Shown: in pieces, positions 29,411-39,811 of the stretch
Position numbering within the stretch: the first letter of the stretch is position 1
Layout: the number at the start of each line of letters is the position of its first letter
From: an uncultured Gammaproteobacteria bacterium
Lineage (GTDB): Bacteria; Patescibacteriota; Microgenomatia; Levybacterales; UBA12049
Assembly: GCA_964416445.1 (NCBI GenBank)
Contig: CAYQEE010000010.1
Location: forward strand, 1,136-65,135
Reading direction: 5' to 3'
Length of the DNA stretch: 64,000 nt
Program-made: the position numbers and the translations under genes
Notes under the pieces: generated by a model
The model's input: only the letters and a program-made list of their open reading frames with translations
Told to the model about the DNA's origin: nothing
The model's database searches: none

Positions 29411-31804
29411 TACTATAAAAGGAAGTTGATAAAAATCAATAAAAACACTTTTGGCAGCTCTTATTACAGGAAAGTATTTGTTTTGTGTTTGCTAGTATTT
29501 ATTTTACTTAGTATTTATCTGACAATTCTTTTATTATCACAGCGCCAACAGTTACAAGAGCATGCTGCAGGAAATGTTATTTATGCTAGTCCAGGTGATA
29601 ACCTAAACCAAAAAGTTAGTTCGCTTACTCCAGGTGATACGCTTATTTTTCATGATGGTATTTATAATGGATCGTTACCTGCAGCGAATATTCATGGTAC
29701 AAGTTCTCAACTTATAACAATTGAAGCAGAACATGATGGTATGGCAATCATTGATGGACAAAATACGGTAAGTACTGTTATTGATTTAAGTAATAGTTCT
29801 TACGTTCTCTTACAAGGTTTTGTTGCAAGGAATTCATCTGGCAGTGTCGTACGAGGCGATGGGAGTAATCATATAACCGTAAGTAGAGTTACTGCGTATA
29901 ATGCAGGGTCAGGAAATACGAATTGTTTTACCATGTCAAATGGGGCAAGTTATGATTTGGTTGTCGATGCAGCATCTTGGGGAAGATGCAGGTATGGTTT
30001 TCTCGCATACCATTCCAGTAATATAACGTTTCGCAGAACCTTTGCAAAATGGGAACAAACAGATAATTTTTCTCCTGCGCCTCGAAGTGGGTACGGAGCC
30101 TATGGGTCAACGTTTATCTCTTTTGAAAATGTAATCGGCTATGATATCCAACCAACAACCAATGTCTCCGACTTCTTTTCTGGCGTTTGGGAAACTTCTG
30201 ACGGTCCATCAACACATGATATTTCTTATTATGGTTCTATTTTTTATCATGTGTTAGGTGATGGAATTCGCGTAAATGACTTGCAAGCATTTCCTAATAC
30301 CATTATCAAAGATAGCTTTTTTAGCAATCCTCTGGTTCAAAATATTAGTTATCCCTTTACTAAAGGAGCAGGAATTGAATGGGTGACTCCAATAACTGGT
30401 ACGGTTAGTAATAATGTCTTTATGGGGAATAACATCGGAATCAATCAAGGAAACGGTGTCCCAAGTGTTATGAATAATATTTTTATGAATAATTCCACTG
30501 CAATATCGGGTTCAATTCAAGGAAGCTATAATGATTTTTGGCAAAATTCTAGTAATGGGTATACTCCAGGTTCAACAGATAAACAAATAGATCCAGCGTT
30601 TAATGTCGCAAAGTATGGATTAGGTGCATACTTTTTTGTACCTTCGACATCACCATTAAAAAATTCTGGACAGGGAGGAAGTGAAATTGGAGCAAATATT
30701 ATCTATGAGTATGTAAATGGTCAACTTACCAATGTCCCTCTATGGCCATGGCCTATGGAAAACAGAATTAAAGCAGAACGGGGTATTAGTGTTACATGGG
30801 CTTCAGGTGGAGGTTTTTGGAACTCTTTAGATGGTGTATATCCAAGTATTACTATTACTCTACCGATTTCTTCTCCCCAACCATCTCCTTCTAGTAGTCC
30901 AGTACCAACAAACACACCTCAACCAACAAGTCAACCAACGGGAACACCCAAACCAACGAGTACTCCTACTCCAACGCCAACGACGTATCCATCAGGCGTT
31001 ACTTATTGTGGAGCACATTGTCAATCCAATAGTGATTGTGATCAAAGTGGGGTAACCTGTGGAATTTGTGATCCTGACGCATTGGTCTGCACCACAGGAA
31101 ATGGTTCAATTACTCCTACTCCTTCCTTGTCTCTTACGCCAACCAGTGGTACTTCTGTAACACCAACTGATACCCCCTCACCAACTCAAACACGACTGAG
31201 TAGCCCTACTCCATTTACTACACTTACGCCTACCCCCACCCTTGGCCCAGCGGTGGGGATACTCTCTTTGCATTTTGAAGGAATTGATCCTCAAAACAAT
31301 AGTAAACCCACTCATCCCCAACGAAGTGTTCTACTTTCTTTTTATCCTACCAATGACTTTACAAAAACTCCTCAAACTACCCTTCCCGTGATTGTTTCTT
31401 TTAACTCTGCTGATCCACTGGGTTCTTTTGTCAACACCAATATTGATCTTTCCTCCATTCCACGAGGCAGTTACTATCTCCTCGCTAAATCTCCTGAAGG
31501 ATCTCTCAGAGAAGAACTCTCCTCACAACTGGTCTCTATCACCAATGGACAAACAGTCTCTCTCAATGGAACAACTCCTACCAATATGCAAATGGGTAAC
31601 ATTAATAATGATAATCAAATTGATCTATCTGACTATAATATTCTCGTTGATTGTTACGGAGCAAAACAAGCAAGCCCTGCCTGTAAAGTACATTCCATCT
31701 CAGACCAATACCAACCAAACTTCGCTGACCTCAATGACGATGGTATCGTCAATGGGGTCGATTACAATCTCTTAATAAGAAATTTTGGAAAAACTGGATA
31801 TTAA
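29411..31804 (+). CDS. Membrane-anchored or secreted right-handed beta-helix (pectate-lyase-fold) protein with Pro/Thr linker and C-terminal dockerin-like module
   Basis: N-terminal hydrophobic anchor. Periodic parallel-beta-helix repeats (NxxGSG.../SNH...). A roughly 120-aa low-complexity P/T/S linker (SPQPSPSSSPVPTNTPQPTSQPTGTPKPTSTPTPTPTT). Two dockerin-type Ca-binding repeats (NDNQIDLSDYNILVDCY; DLNDDGIVNGVDYNLLIRNF). Start moved from 29351 to the ATG at 29411 before the hydrophobic segment. Confidence 0.7.
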   Translation, partial: YYKRKLIKINKNTFGSSYYRKVFVLCLLVFILLSIYLTILLLSQRQQLQEHAAGNVIYASPGDNLNQKVSSLTPGDTLIFHDGIYNGSLPAANIHGTSSQLITIEAEHDGMAIIDGQNTVSTVIDLSNSSYVLLQGFVARNSSGSVVRGDGSNHITVSRVTAYNAGSGNTNCFTMSNGASYDLVVDAASWGRCRYGFLAYHSSNITFRRTFAKWEQTDNFSPAPRSGYGAYGSTFISFENVIGYDIQPTTNVSDFFSGVWETSDGPSTHDISYYGSIFYHVLGDGIRVNDLQAFPNTIIKDSFFSNPLVQNISYPFTKGAGIEWVTPITGTVSNNVFMGNNIGINQGNGVPSVMNNIFMNNSTAISGSIQGSYNDFWQNSSNGYTPGSTDKQIDPAFNVAKYGLGAYFFVPSTSPLKNSGQGGSEIGANIIYEYVNGQLTNVPLWPWPMENRIKAERGISVTWASGGGFWNSLDGVYPSITITLPISSPQPSPSSSPVPTNTPQPTSQPTGTPKPTSTPTPTPTTYPSGVTYCGAHCQSNSDCDQSGVTCGICDPDALVCTTGNGSITPTPSLSLTPTSGTSVTPTDTPSPTQTRLSSPTPFTTLTPTPTLGPAVGILSLHFEGIDPQNNSKPTHPQRSVLLSFYPTNDFTKTPQTTLPVIVSFNSADPLGSFVNTNIDLSSIPRGSYYLLAKSPEGSLREELSSQLVSITNGQTVSLNGTTPTNMQMGNINNDNQIDLSDYNILVDCYGAKQASPACKVHSISDQYQPNFADLNDDGIVNGVDYNLLIRNFGKTGY

Positions 31805-32080
31805 TTATTGTTCAATTTCCTCTGAAAATGAGAAAAAGATATGCCAAATTTTCTTAATGATCGTTTTTGGAATATTTTGTTCATCCGCCTTTTTCTCTAA
31901 TGCTTCAACTACTGTTTTTTCTCTTGGAAAATCTCGTATTTCAAATCCACCCGATTTTTTAAAATCGCCAATTTTTTTCATAATTTCAAGTCGTCTTTTA
32001 ACTAACTGTAATAATTCATTATCAAGTGCATCAATATCGCTTCGTAATTTTGCTAAATTGTCCGTATCGTTAACTTTCAT
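31805..32080 (-). CDS. Chorismate mutase (AroQ class, monofunctional, ~91 aa)
   Basis: LRSDIDALDNELLQLVKRRLEIMKKIG...R...K helical AroQ pattern. Start trimmed to the ATG at 32080 to give the usual size. 11-nt overlap with the pheA stop. Confidence 0.6.
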   Translation of the reverse strand: MKVNDTDNLAKLRSDIDALDNELLQLVKRRLEIMKKIGDFKKSGGFEIRDFPREKTVVEALEKKADEQNIPKTIIKKIWHIFFSFSEEIEQ

Positions 32081-32894
32081 AAATTGTGCCACGTTCATAG
32101 ACGCCAAGAATTTTATATGTGCTTGCATATTTTTGTAATATTTGTGAAATGAGATGCCTATCAATTAATGTAGGGGTAACTTCAACATCGATCCAAAATT
32201 GATATTCCCATTCAGTTCCGGGAATTGGGCGTGATTCAATTTTTGTTATATTAATCTTTCGGTCGGCTAATTGCATCAACAAATTCGCTAAGGAGCCTGG
32301 TGTATGGGGAATAGTAAAAATAATTGAAGACTTATTTCCTTGTGTTTCCTTCCTTTGAGAAGATACAAGGAAAAATCTGGTGATATTATAATGGTTATCC
32401 CCTATATTGGGCAATACAATAGTAAGGCGCGGGTCATTTGCTAATTCTTTACTTCCAATTGCCGCTGCACGTTTATCATCAATTTGCAGGATCAGATCTT
32501 TTGCATTTGCAGTACTTACTGTTTCTTGAAACGAAAGATGGTAGTTCTGGATAAAATTTTTGCACTGAGCAAGTGCTTTGGGGTGAGAATATACTTTTAT
32601 AATATCTTCAAGAGACGCAGTATGGAGTCCAATCAGATAAAGGTTTATTTTCAAATATGCTTCTTGTACTATCTTAAGATTTTCATGGAATAAATAATCC
32701 ATGTTTTCATGAATATTACTCGTGATTGAATTTTCAATGGGGAGCACTCCAATCGTGCGTGGATTTTCCATAACTTTTTCAACAATCTCTGCAAAGTTAG
32801 GACAGGACAATAACTGATAATCATCTCCAAAAACTTTTTTTGCAAGAATATGACTGTAGGAATTCTGTGGTCCTAAATAATATGCGCAAGTCAT
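32070..32894 (-). CDS. pheA: Prephenate dehydratase with C-terminal ACT domain
   Basis: PDT domain (YLGPQNSYSH...TIGVLPIENS...) plus ACT. 274 aa. Confidence 0.8.
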   Translation of the reverse strand: MTCAYYLGPQNSYSHILAKKVFGDDYQLLSCPNFAEIVEKVMENPRTIGVLPIENSITSNIHENMDYLFHENLKIVQEAYLKINLYLIGLHTASLEDIIKVYSHPKALAQCKNFIQNYHLSFQETVSTANAKDLILQIDDKRAAAIGSKELANDPRLTIVLPNIGDNHYNITRFFLVSSQRKETQGNKSSIIFTIPHTPGSLANLLMQLADRKINITKIESRPIPGTEWEYQFWIDVEVTPTLIDRHLISQILQKYASTYKILGVYERGTIYES

Positions 32895-33664
32895 CTAAAA
32901 TTTGCCTCCTTCTTTAATCTAATCAGTGTGTCAATACTGTGGGAAAGAAGCTGCCGGCTAAATTTATTATAAATAATCATATCAAGTAATAATGCTTTAT
33001 TAATCCCCATATAACTTAATGCTTCGAATAAGTAAGAGGGCGCTGGAGTATCAATAATAGTTGGGTTTAGTTTTTGCTCAGTGGCAAGATATCGTACCAT
33101 TTGTGCAAAAAATTGTGATTGCGCAACAAGTTTATCATGCTCCTGAGGATTCATTTCAGTGACTTGAATGCCAAGCGATTGAAAGTAATGCTTTACGCAA
33201 GCAAAGATGGTTTCAGGCGAAGAGACGTTATAAATTACCAAGGGCAATCCTGCTAATAGCCCTTCTTTTTTTGCAATACTTGTCGGCCCAAACATTGGAT
33301 GGGTAGCTATTATAGCAATATTTTTGGGAAGGTGTTTTTTGAGAATATTGACGGGGTATTCTTTTACTGAACAAACATCAATAATTGTTTGTGATGGGTT
33401 AATGAATTTTCCAATCTCTAACACGACAGCTTCAAATGATCGAATGGAAACAGCGGGGATAATTATATCTGCGGATTGTATGACTTCACCAATGGAAGCT
33501 TTAGGAGTGCAGTGTGTGGGTAAGGATTTTTTATGAATATGGGGAGAATAAACCACAATGCGGTTATTTGGAAATAAATTTTCACCTATTACTTCACCAA
33601 ATTTCCCATAACCGATGATTCCTAATGTTTTTTCTAACAAGTTGAAATGCATATGGTTATTCAT
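32891..33664 (-). CDS. tyrA: Prephenate/arogenate dehydrogenase
   Basis: Rossmann [12 protein letters not shown]-binding N-terminus, PDH C-domain. 257 aa. Embedded in the aro operon. Confidence 0.7.
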   Translation of the reverse strand: MNNHMHFNLLEKTLGIIGYGKFGEVIGENLFPNNRIVVYSPHIHKKSLPTHCTPKASIGEVIQSADIIIPAVSIRSFEAVVLEIGKFINPSQTIIDVCSVKEYPVNILKKHLPKNIAIIATHPMFGPTSIAKKEGLLAGLPLVIYNVSSPETIFACVKHYFQSLGIQVTEMNPQEHDKLVAQSQFFAQMVRYLATEQKLNPTIIDTPAPSYLFEALSYMGINKALLLDMIIYNKFSRQLLSHSIDTLIRLKKEANFR

Positions 33665-34749
33665 TCATTTTGTGCTTTATGCCGTAAGATATGATCCATG
33701 ATAACTAATGCGGCCATAGCATCAACAATTGGCACTGCGCGTGGTAGGACACAGGGGTCATGCCGACCAAATGCCTTTAGGGTGGTTTCCTCGCGTTGAC
33801 GGGTAATTGTTTTTTGCTCTCTCTGAATTGTAGACACTGGCTTAAATGCAACACGAAAATATATTGGTTGCCCTGTTGAGATACCACCTAAGGTACCACC
33901 TGCAAAATTAGTTCTTGTTTTTACATTTCCCTGTTGGTCTAAGTAAAATTCATCATTATGTTGGCTACCACGCAGTTCAACTCCTGAAAATCCTGAACCA
34001 AATTCAAATCCTTTTGTTGCGTTAATACTCATCATTGCTTTCGCAAGGTCTGCAGGAAGCTTATCGAAAACTGGTTCTCCAAGCCCTGCTGGCACCTGTT
34101 TGATGACTCCCCGGATAATTCCACCCACAGAATCTCCTTCATCTCGTATTTTTTCAATAAGGGCAATCATTTCTGAAGCAAGTTGCTTATCAGGACAACG
34201 CACAATAGTTGATTCGATCTGTTCTTTGGTGACTTCACGAAAGTCTATGTGCGTTTTAACTGTACCTACTTGTTCAACATAACTGAGAATTTCAATACCG
34301 TATTGTTCGGTTAGGTACTTTTTGGCAATGGCTCCAGCTGCTACACGTGCTAATGTTTCGCGTGCAGATGCTCGACCGCTTCCTCTCACATCGCGTATAC
34401 CATATTTTTTTTCGAAAGTATAATCTGCATGACCTGGCCGATAAACATTTGCTAAATGATCGTAATCTTCTGGCCTCATATCCATGTTATATGCAAGAAG
34501 AAGAATTGGTGTTCCCGTAGTTTTCCCTTCGAAGACACCAGACAGGATGTGAATACGGTCTTGTTCTTTTCTTGGTGTTGTTATACTGCTTTGACCGGGC
34601 TTTCGCCTATCAAGTTCTTTTTGAATTTCTTCCTGGGAAATCGATATGCCTGGGGGACATCCATCGACAACGCAACCCACTCCTCCCCCGTGAGATTCTC
34701 CAAATGTCGTTATTCGAAATAATTGTCCAAAAGTATTTCCTGGCATCAT
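33661..34749 (-). CDS. aroC: Chorismate synthase
   Basis: [18 protein letters not shown] signature. 362 aa. Confidence 0.9.
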   Translation of the reverse strand: MMPGNTFGQLFRITTFGESHGGGVGCVVDGCPPGISISQEEIQKELDRRKPGQSSITTPRKEQDRIHILSGVFEGKTTGTPILLLAYNMDMRPEDYDHLANVYRPGHADYTFEKKYGIRDVRGSGRASARETLARVAAGAIAKKYLTEQYGIEILSYVEQVGTVKTHIDFREVTKEQIESTIVRCPDKQLASEMIALIEKIRDEGDSVGGIIRGVIKQVPAGLGEPVFDKLPADLAKAMMSINATKGFEFGSGFSGVELRGSQHNDEFYLDQQGNVKTRTNFAGGTLGGISTGQPIYFRVAFKPVSTIQREQKTITRQREETTLKAFGRHDPCVLPRAVPIVDAMAALVIMDHILRHKAQNE

Positions 34750-35561
34750 TACTCCTTTTGCATAAGTACTCTTTCCATAATGTCTATTGGTGGTTCAACG
34801 CCTGTATATTGTGAAAATTTGAGAACTGCTTGCCAAAAAAGCATTCGTTCTCCATAAACTATTTTACACCCTTTTACTTGCGCATCTCGGATGAATTTTG
34901 TTTCCCGTGGTTTTGCAATTACATCCATAACGATTCGCTTTTCAGGAATTTCTGTTATGGGAACTACTGAATCATTCTCAGAATACATACCAACTGTTGT
35001 TGCTTGAATAATAATATCTGCATGCGATAATTCTTGTGAGAGATTTGTGAAAGAACCATACCTGCATGCAACTTTTTCAGCAAGATTCTTTGCATGTTCT
35101 TCGGTTCGATTTAAAATGATAACATTTGCCCCAGCATCTTTTAGTGCAAATGCTAACGCATGTGCAACTCCACCGGCACCAAGAAGCACAATGTTTTTTT
35201 TCGAGATTTCTGTTACTTCTTGCAATGCTTTTATTCCACCTTTTCCATCAGTATTTCCACCAATTAATTTCCCATTATGATTTGTAACGATATTGACTGC
35301 ACCAATTCTCTGCGCATCGTTATCAAGTTCATCGAGAAAAGGTATAATAGCAATTTTATAAGGTATGGTTACTCCTACGGCATGTAATCCTAATCCACGT
35401 ATTCCTTTTACTGCCTCAGCCAAATTTGTAACAATGAGAGGGATATAAATAAAATTAAGATTCAGTTCAGCAAAAGCAGCATTATATAATGCATACATTT
35501 TACTTGTTTTGTATGTTGTTCCCAAAAAACCTATTACTTTTGTTTCACCGTTAATTCTCAT
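34749..35561 (-). CDS. aroE: Shikimate dehydrogenase
   Basis: Shikimate-DH N-domain plus Rossmann GAGGVA. 270 aa. Confidence 0.8.
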   Translation of the reverse strand: MRINGETKVIGFLGTTYKTSKMYALYNAAFAELNLNFIYIPLIVTNLAEAVKGIRGLGLHAVGVTIPYKIAIIPFLDELDNDAQRIGAVNIVTNHNGKLIGGNTDGKGGIKALQEVTEISKKNIVLLGAGGVAHALAFALKDAGANVIILNRTEEHAKNLAEKVACRYGSFTNLSQELSHADIIIQATTVGMYSENDSVVPITEIPEKRIVMDVIAKPRETKFIRDAQVKGCKIVYGERMLFWQAVLKFSQYTGVEPPIDIMERVLMQKE

Positions 35562-36132
35562 AATTTTCTATTTTCATTACAATATCTGCCACAATTTCTT
35601 TTGGAAATTCTTGGTTAATTGGTATGTTAATATTTGCTAATCGTTCGTAGATTGGCATTCGAGTTGCTAAAAGTTCATCTAATGATTTTTTGGGATTATC
35701 TTGATATGGAAAAAAAGGAGGGATCCCTTTCGCACGTATCCTTTGCAATAATATTGATCGATCAACATTGAGATAAATAATTATTCCTAACGGTAATAGA
35801 AGCTTTTGATTATTCTCGGAAAGTATCGTGCCCCCCCCGACAGATAGCACGAACGGTTCGGATTGTTGCATATTTTTTATTAACTGTGCTAGTGCTGTAT
35901 GTTCGAGATTTCTGAAATTTTCAGAACCTTTTTTCTTGAAAATTTCTCGAGAAGAAAGTTTCTCAGAATATTTTTTTTCATATTCTTTTTCAAGTATCTG
36001 ATCTAATTCTAACTGGTGATATCCGAGCTTTTGGGCAAGCAGATTACCAATGGTAGTTTTACCACTGCCTTTCATTCCGATGAGAATAATATTTGGTTTA
36101 TTTCTCATAGAGCGTAAAGTTAGCTCCCGCAT
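35551..36132 (-). CDS. aroK: Shikimate kinase
   Basis: P-loop GMKGSGKTTIG. About 190 aa. The true start may be the internal ATG near 36108. Confidence 0.8.
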   Translation of the reverse strand: MRELTLRSMRNKPNIILIGMKGSGKTTIGNLLAQKLGYHQLELDQILEKEYEKKYSEKLSSREIFKKKGSENFRNLEHTALAQLIKNMQQSEPFVLSVGGGTILSENNQKLLLPLGIIIYLNVDRSILLQRIRAKGIPPFFPYQDNPKKSLDELLATRMPIYERLANINIPINQEFPKEIVADIVMKIENYEN

Positions 36133-37414
36133 CTTTCATATCGGGTATAAATGTATCAAATGATTTGTCTACCATTTGCGCATCAGAAATAGTTGTTTCT
36201 CCGTCAATTTGCATACCTGCAAGTGCGAATGAAAGAACCATTCGATGATCGAAATATCCATTAATTTGAGCAGCATGTAATTTCCAAGAACCATCATTAT
36301 CAATGAGTAATCCATCTTCTTTTTCAACTACTTTTGCACCCATTTTTTTAAGTTCTGTTGCTAAAGCACTGATACGATCACATTCTTTCCATCGAGCAGT
36401 TAATGCATTTTTAATTATTGTTTTTCCTTTTGCAAAACAGGCAGCGATGGCAATAGTAGGAACTTGGTCAGGTAAGTCATTCATATCAATTTCAAGTCCA
36501 TGTAATTGGCTTGTTCTTGCAGTAATTGTGTTGTTCTCAATAGTTATATCTGCTCCCATTTGTTCTAAGATCGTGAGAACTTTTTTATCTCCATACGGAT
36601 CTTGTAAATCCATTCCTCGTACTGTTATTTCTGATGAGGGTGTGAGCACGGCAGCTAATAATGGATAAGGTGGTGCAGACATTTCAAAGGGAATTTCCGC
36701 ATCAAATGAATGAGGTAATGTATTGCCTGAAAATTTATAATGATCATATCTATTATCGACATTTTCAAATGATACCCCTACTTTCTTAAACCAATACAAA
36801 AGTAAATCAATATATGCTTTTTCTCCAGGATTTCTAACAAATATCTCAACAGGTTTATTCGACATAGCTGAGGCAATAAGAACACTAAATACTGGTTGGC
36901 AACCTATACCATCCATATGCGCTACACCTCCATTTACTTTTCCTTTGATAAGGAATGGTGCCATTCCATCATTTTTTGTAGATATTATCGTTATGCCAAG
37001 TTGTTGAAATGGTTCAAGTAATTTCTCAGAAATTTTACGAAGCGTTCGAATTGATTTATCACCAGTAATAATAGACCATTCTGAACATGCTGCAGCGACA
37101 CCTAAAATAAAAAATAACATTGTTCCTGAATTGTTGACATTAATTATATCAGGAGGTGTATGTAAATTTCCTCCAACTCCAGTTATCTGAAAAATATTAG
37201 GTTCAAGTTCTTCGATTTTTGCTCCATACATTTTCATCGCATTTACAGCTTCATACCAATCAGCACTTACTTTTGGCTTTCGTATTATTGAAATCCCTTG
37301 AGCTAACGAAGCTAAGATAAGTGCTCGAAATGAATGTGTTTTACTTCGAGGCATACGAATATTCCCACGTAAATGTTTACTTTTTTTAACGGACAATATC
37401 ATGTTTTTTTTCAT
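36098..37414 (-). CDS. aroA: 3-phosphoshikimate 1-carboxyvinyltransferase (EPSP synthase)
   Basis: 438 aa. N-terminal LRGNIRMPRSKTHSFRALILASLAQG EPSPS signature. Confidence 0.85.
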   Translation of the reverse strand: MKKNMILSVKKSKHLRGNIRMPRSKTHSFRALILASLAQGISIIRKPKVSADWYEAVNAMKMYGAKIEELEPNIFQITGVGGNLHTPPDIINVNNSGTMLFFILGVAAACSEWSIITGDKSIRTLRKISEKLLEPFQQLGITIISTKNDGMAPFLIKGKVNGGVAHMDGIGCQPVFSVLIASAMSNKPVEIFVRNPGEKAYIDLLLYWFKKVGVSFENVDNRYDHYKFSGNTLPHSFDAEIPFEMSAPPYPLLAAVLTPSSEITVRGMDLQDPYGDKKVLTILEQMGADITIENNTITARTSQLHGLEIDMNDLPDQVPTIAIAACFAKGKTIIKNALTARWKECDRISALATELKKMGAKVVEKEDGLLIDNDGSWKLHAAQINGYFDHRMVLSFALAGMQIDGETTISDAQMVDKSFDTFIPDMKDAGANFTLYEK

Positions 37415-37417
37415 AAA

Positions 37418-37855
37418 TTATTTCCTTACATAAGTAACCAATTTTTTGAGACCTTCATAATAACTTTTCTCCTGTAATCCAACGATCTGATCAATCCGAA
37501 CATCGTCGAGTACATTGATTGCCTTACTAATTCCTGTTTTATGAATATCAGACATATGAACTTCTATAATAGGTTTACTGAAATCAATACATGCAGCGCG
37601 AAGACTATATCCATAACGAACGAGAGCTCCAGGATTTATTACTGCACCTTCTGCTGCTCGTGACGAATCTTGTTGGAGAAAGTCAATAATTGCTCCTTCA
37701 TGATTTGATTGAAAAATAGATAATTCGCATCCTAATGATTTACCAAGTATTTCAAGTTGATGGTTAATTTCCGAAAGTGTCAGTTTACCGTATTTATTGG
37801 AATCACGTTTTCCTAACATGTTAAGATTTGGCCCGTGAATAATTAATGCTTTCAT
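37418..37855 (-). CDS. aroQ: 3-dehydroquinate dehydratase, type II
   Basis: MKALIIHGPNLNMLGKR...H motif of type II DHQase. 145 aa. Confidence 0.85.
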   Translation of the reverse strand: MKALIIHGPNLNMLGKRDSNKYGKLTLSEINHQLEILGKSLGCELSIFQSNHEGAIIDFLQQDSSRAAEGAVINPGALVRYGYSLRAACIDFSKPIIEVHMSDIHKTGISKAINVLDDVRIDQIVGLQEKSYYEGLKKLVTYVRK

Positions 37856-37857
37856 AA

Positions 37858-38946
37858 TTATCTAATTTCTTTCAATGCTGTGCGAATAATGTTTTCAGAA
37901 ACTTGCTGGTTATATTTCGCTCTACCGATTTTTTCCAATAAGGTCCACTGTAAAACACCGTTCTCTATTTTTTTATCAAACATAATATTTCTCAGTATGT
38001 CTTCTTCGGTAATAAAGTGAATTGTTGTTTGAAGACCTGTATCTTTCAGCTTATGAATAACATATTCACTTTCTTCATGCGAGAGCAATTTCTGTAATTC
38101 AGATATTCGCGTTTCTACAATCATACCTAAAAGAATTGCTTCTCCATGCATAAGTGGCATACTCGAGGTAAAACTCAGAGATTCAATTGCATGACCAATA
38201 GTATGTCCAAAGTTAAGGATTTTCCTCAAACCTTTTTCTGTTGCATCTGTTTCAACTATTTTTGCTTTAATTTCAACAGATCGTAATATAATTTCTGCTA
38301 ACTCAGAATTGGTAAATTCAAAAGGTTTTTTAGCTGTTACTTTTTCAAAGTAGTTTCTATCTATGAGTAATCCATGTTTAATAATTTCAGCAAATCCTTC
38401 TAGGAACGCTCTTTTTGGTAATGTTTTTAGTGTCTCAATATCAATAATAACTGCTGAGGGTTGCGTGAACGTTCCAATATAATTTTTAAACTCATTTAAA
38501 TTAATACCGAGTTTTCCTCCGACCATAGCATCAACCTGAGCAGTAATGCTAGTTGGAATTTGAATGAATTCTATTCCTCGCATATACGTACTTGCTGCAA
38601 ATCCTCCCATATCTCCAATGACACCTCCTCCTAAGTTAATCACTAAGGAATTTCTATCAAATTGATTTTTGAGAAGATGATTCCATATCGTTGTTACGGT
38701 ATCAATAGTTTTTACTTTTTCCCCAGGAGGTAAAACCAATGGATAAAGAGGACTCTCCATACCTGATTGTAATTTTACTAACCAAGGTTTCTGTACATTA
38801 CTGTCAGTGATGACGGCAATTTTTGAGTATCCTTCTCTTGGTAATATTCGAGAAATATCTTTTAGCATATCTTCACCAATAAATACGGTATAAGAATGTG
38901 ACTTTTCCGGAATATGAATTGTTGTTTTATACATCATAGGTTTCAT
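37858..38946 (-). CDS. aroB: 3-dehydroquinate synthase
   Basis: 362 aa. GGGVIGDMGGFAA glycine-rich NAD motif. Metal-binding His residues. Confidence 0.85.
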   Translation of the reverse strand: MKPMMYKTTIHIPEKSHSYTVFIGEDMLKDISRILPREGYSKIAVITDSNVQKPWLVKLQSGMESPLYPLVLPPGEKVKTIDTVTTIWNHLLKNQFDRNSLVINLGGGVIGDMGGFAASTYMRGIEFIQIPTSITAQVDAMVGGKLGINLNEFKNYIGTFTQPSAVIIDIETLKTLPKRAFLEGFAEIIKHGLLIDRNYFEKVTAKKPFEFTNSELAEIILRSVEIKAKIVETDATEKGLRKILNFGHTIGHAIESLSFTSSMPLMHGEAILLGMIVETRISELQKLLSHEESEYVIHKLKDTGLQTTIHFITEEDILRNIMFDKKIENGVLQWTLLEKIGRAKYNQQVSENIIRTALKEIR

Positions 38947-38966
38947 AGAAATTTACTAATGATTAT

Positions 38967-39755
38967 CTATATTTTTTGTTTCGCTTTTTCCTTTTCAAGA
39001 TCGTCGGTTAATACTTGGAGTTGTTTCCAAGTTATTTGTTGTTTGGCATCAGTAACAGCAACCGATGGATTTGGATGTACTTCTATAATCAAGCCATCAA
39101 TGTTGTATTGGTTTGCTTCATGCGCAATTCGAAACACATTCTCGACAGTCCCTCCAGTATGTGATGGATCAAATACCATAGGAAGACCCGTTTTCTTTTT
39201 TATTCTCATTGACATCTCCCAATCAGGAATATTTCGATATCCTTGAGGGTTTTCTCCATAAGGTACAAAACCTCGGTGGCAAAGAATAAGATTTTCTTTT
39301 TTTACTCCTCCAGCAAGAACATGCTCTACAATTCCTTCCCAATGTTTTTCATCTGGCCATATTTGATTTTTAACCATAAGGACGATTCGCTTATCTTGTG
39401 CTGCTATCCGTGCGAGTTCTCGTTGGATATAATGATTTTGGTTTCTTGCTCCAATCCAAATCATAAGTTTTCCATTCTTTAATTCGGGAAGAACGGCATC
39501 AATCACTTTTTTTGCCTGTTCAGGAATGAGCGGTTCTACTGCAGGATTGAGACCAGCTTTTGCTGCTTGGATCAAAAATGGAATCCCATTCTCTCCAAAC
39601 CCTTCAAAACCAGGTTTTGTGCGTGGTTTCCATAAACTGAGCCTAATAAAATCAACACCGAAGTTTTTTGCTTGTGTGATTGATTCTGTCACCTGTGCTT
39701 GTGACTCAACTGCACAAGGTCCGGCAATAATTATTGTTTTTCTTCGTTTTTTCAT
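38967..39755 (-). CDS. aroG: 3-deoxy-7-phosphoheptulonate (DAHP) synthase, type I-beta (KDO8PS-like)
   Basis: IIIAGPCAVES...LWKPRT...DPSH pattern of the DAHPS/KDOPS family. Its position as first gene of the aro operon favours DAHPS. Start trimmed from the ORF-track 39866 to the ATG at 39755. Confidence 0.75.
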   Translation of the reverse strand: MKKRRKTIIIAGPCAVESQAQVTESITQAKNFGVDFIRLSLWKPRTKPGFEGFGENGIPFLIQAAKAGLNPAVEPLIPEQAKKVIDAVLPELKNGKLMIWIGARNQNHYIQRELARIAAQDKRIVLMVKNQIWPDEKHWEGIVEHVLAGGVKKENLILCHRGFVPYGENPQGYRNIPDWEMSMRIKKKTGLPMVFDPSHTGGTVENVFRIAHEANQYNIDGLIIEVHPNPSVAVTDAKQQITWKQLQVLTDDLEKEKAKQKI

Positions 39756-39765
39756 ATTTAGGTAT

Positions 39766-39788
39766 AAAAAAACCTCCCTTGTGGGAGG
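39766..39788 (-). terminator. Leader-region intrinsic terminator (attenuator 3:4 hairpin) directly upstream of aroG
   Basis: Minus-strand RNA CCUCCC-ACAA-GGGAGG followed by U7. It ends 11 nt before the aroG ATG. Confidence 0.6.
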
Positions 39789-39811
39789 TGCTGTTTCTTC
39801 TTTTGTGTGTT

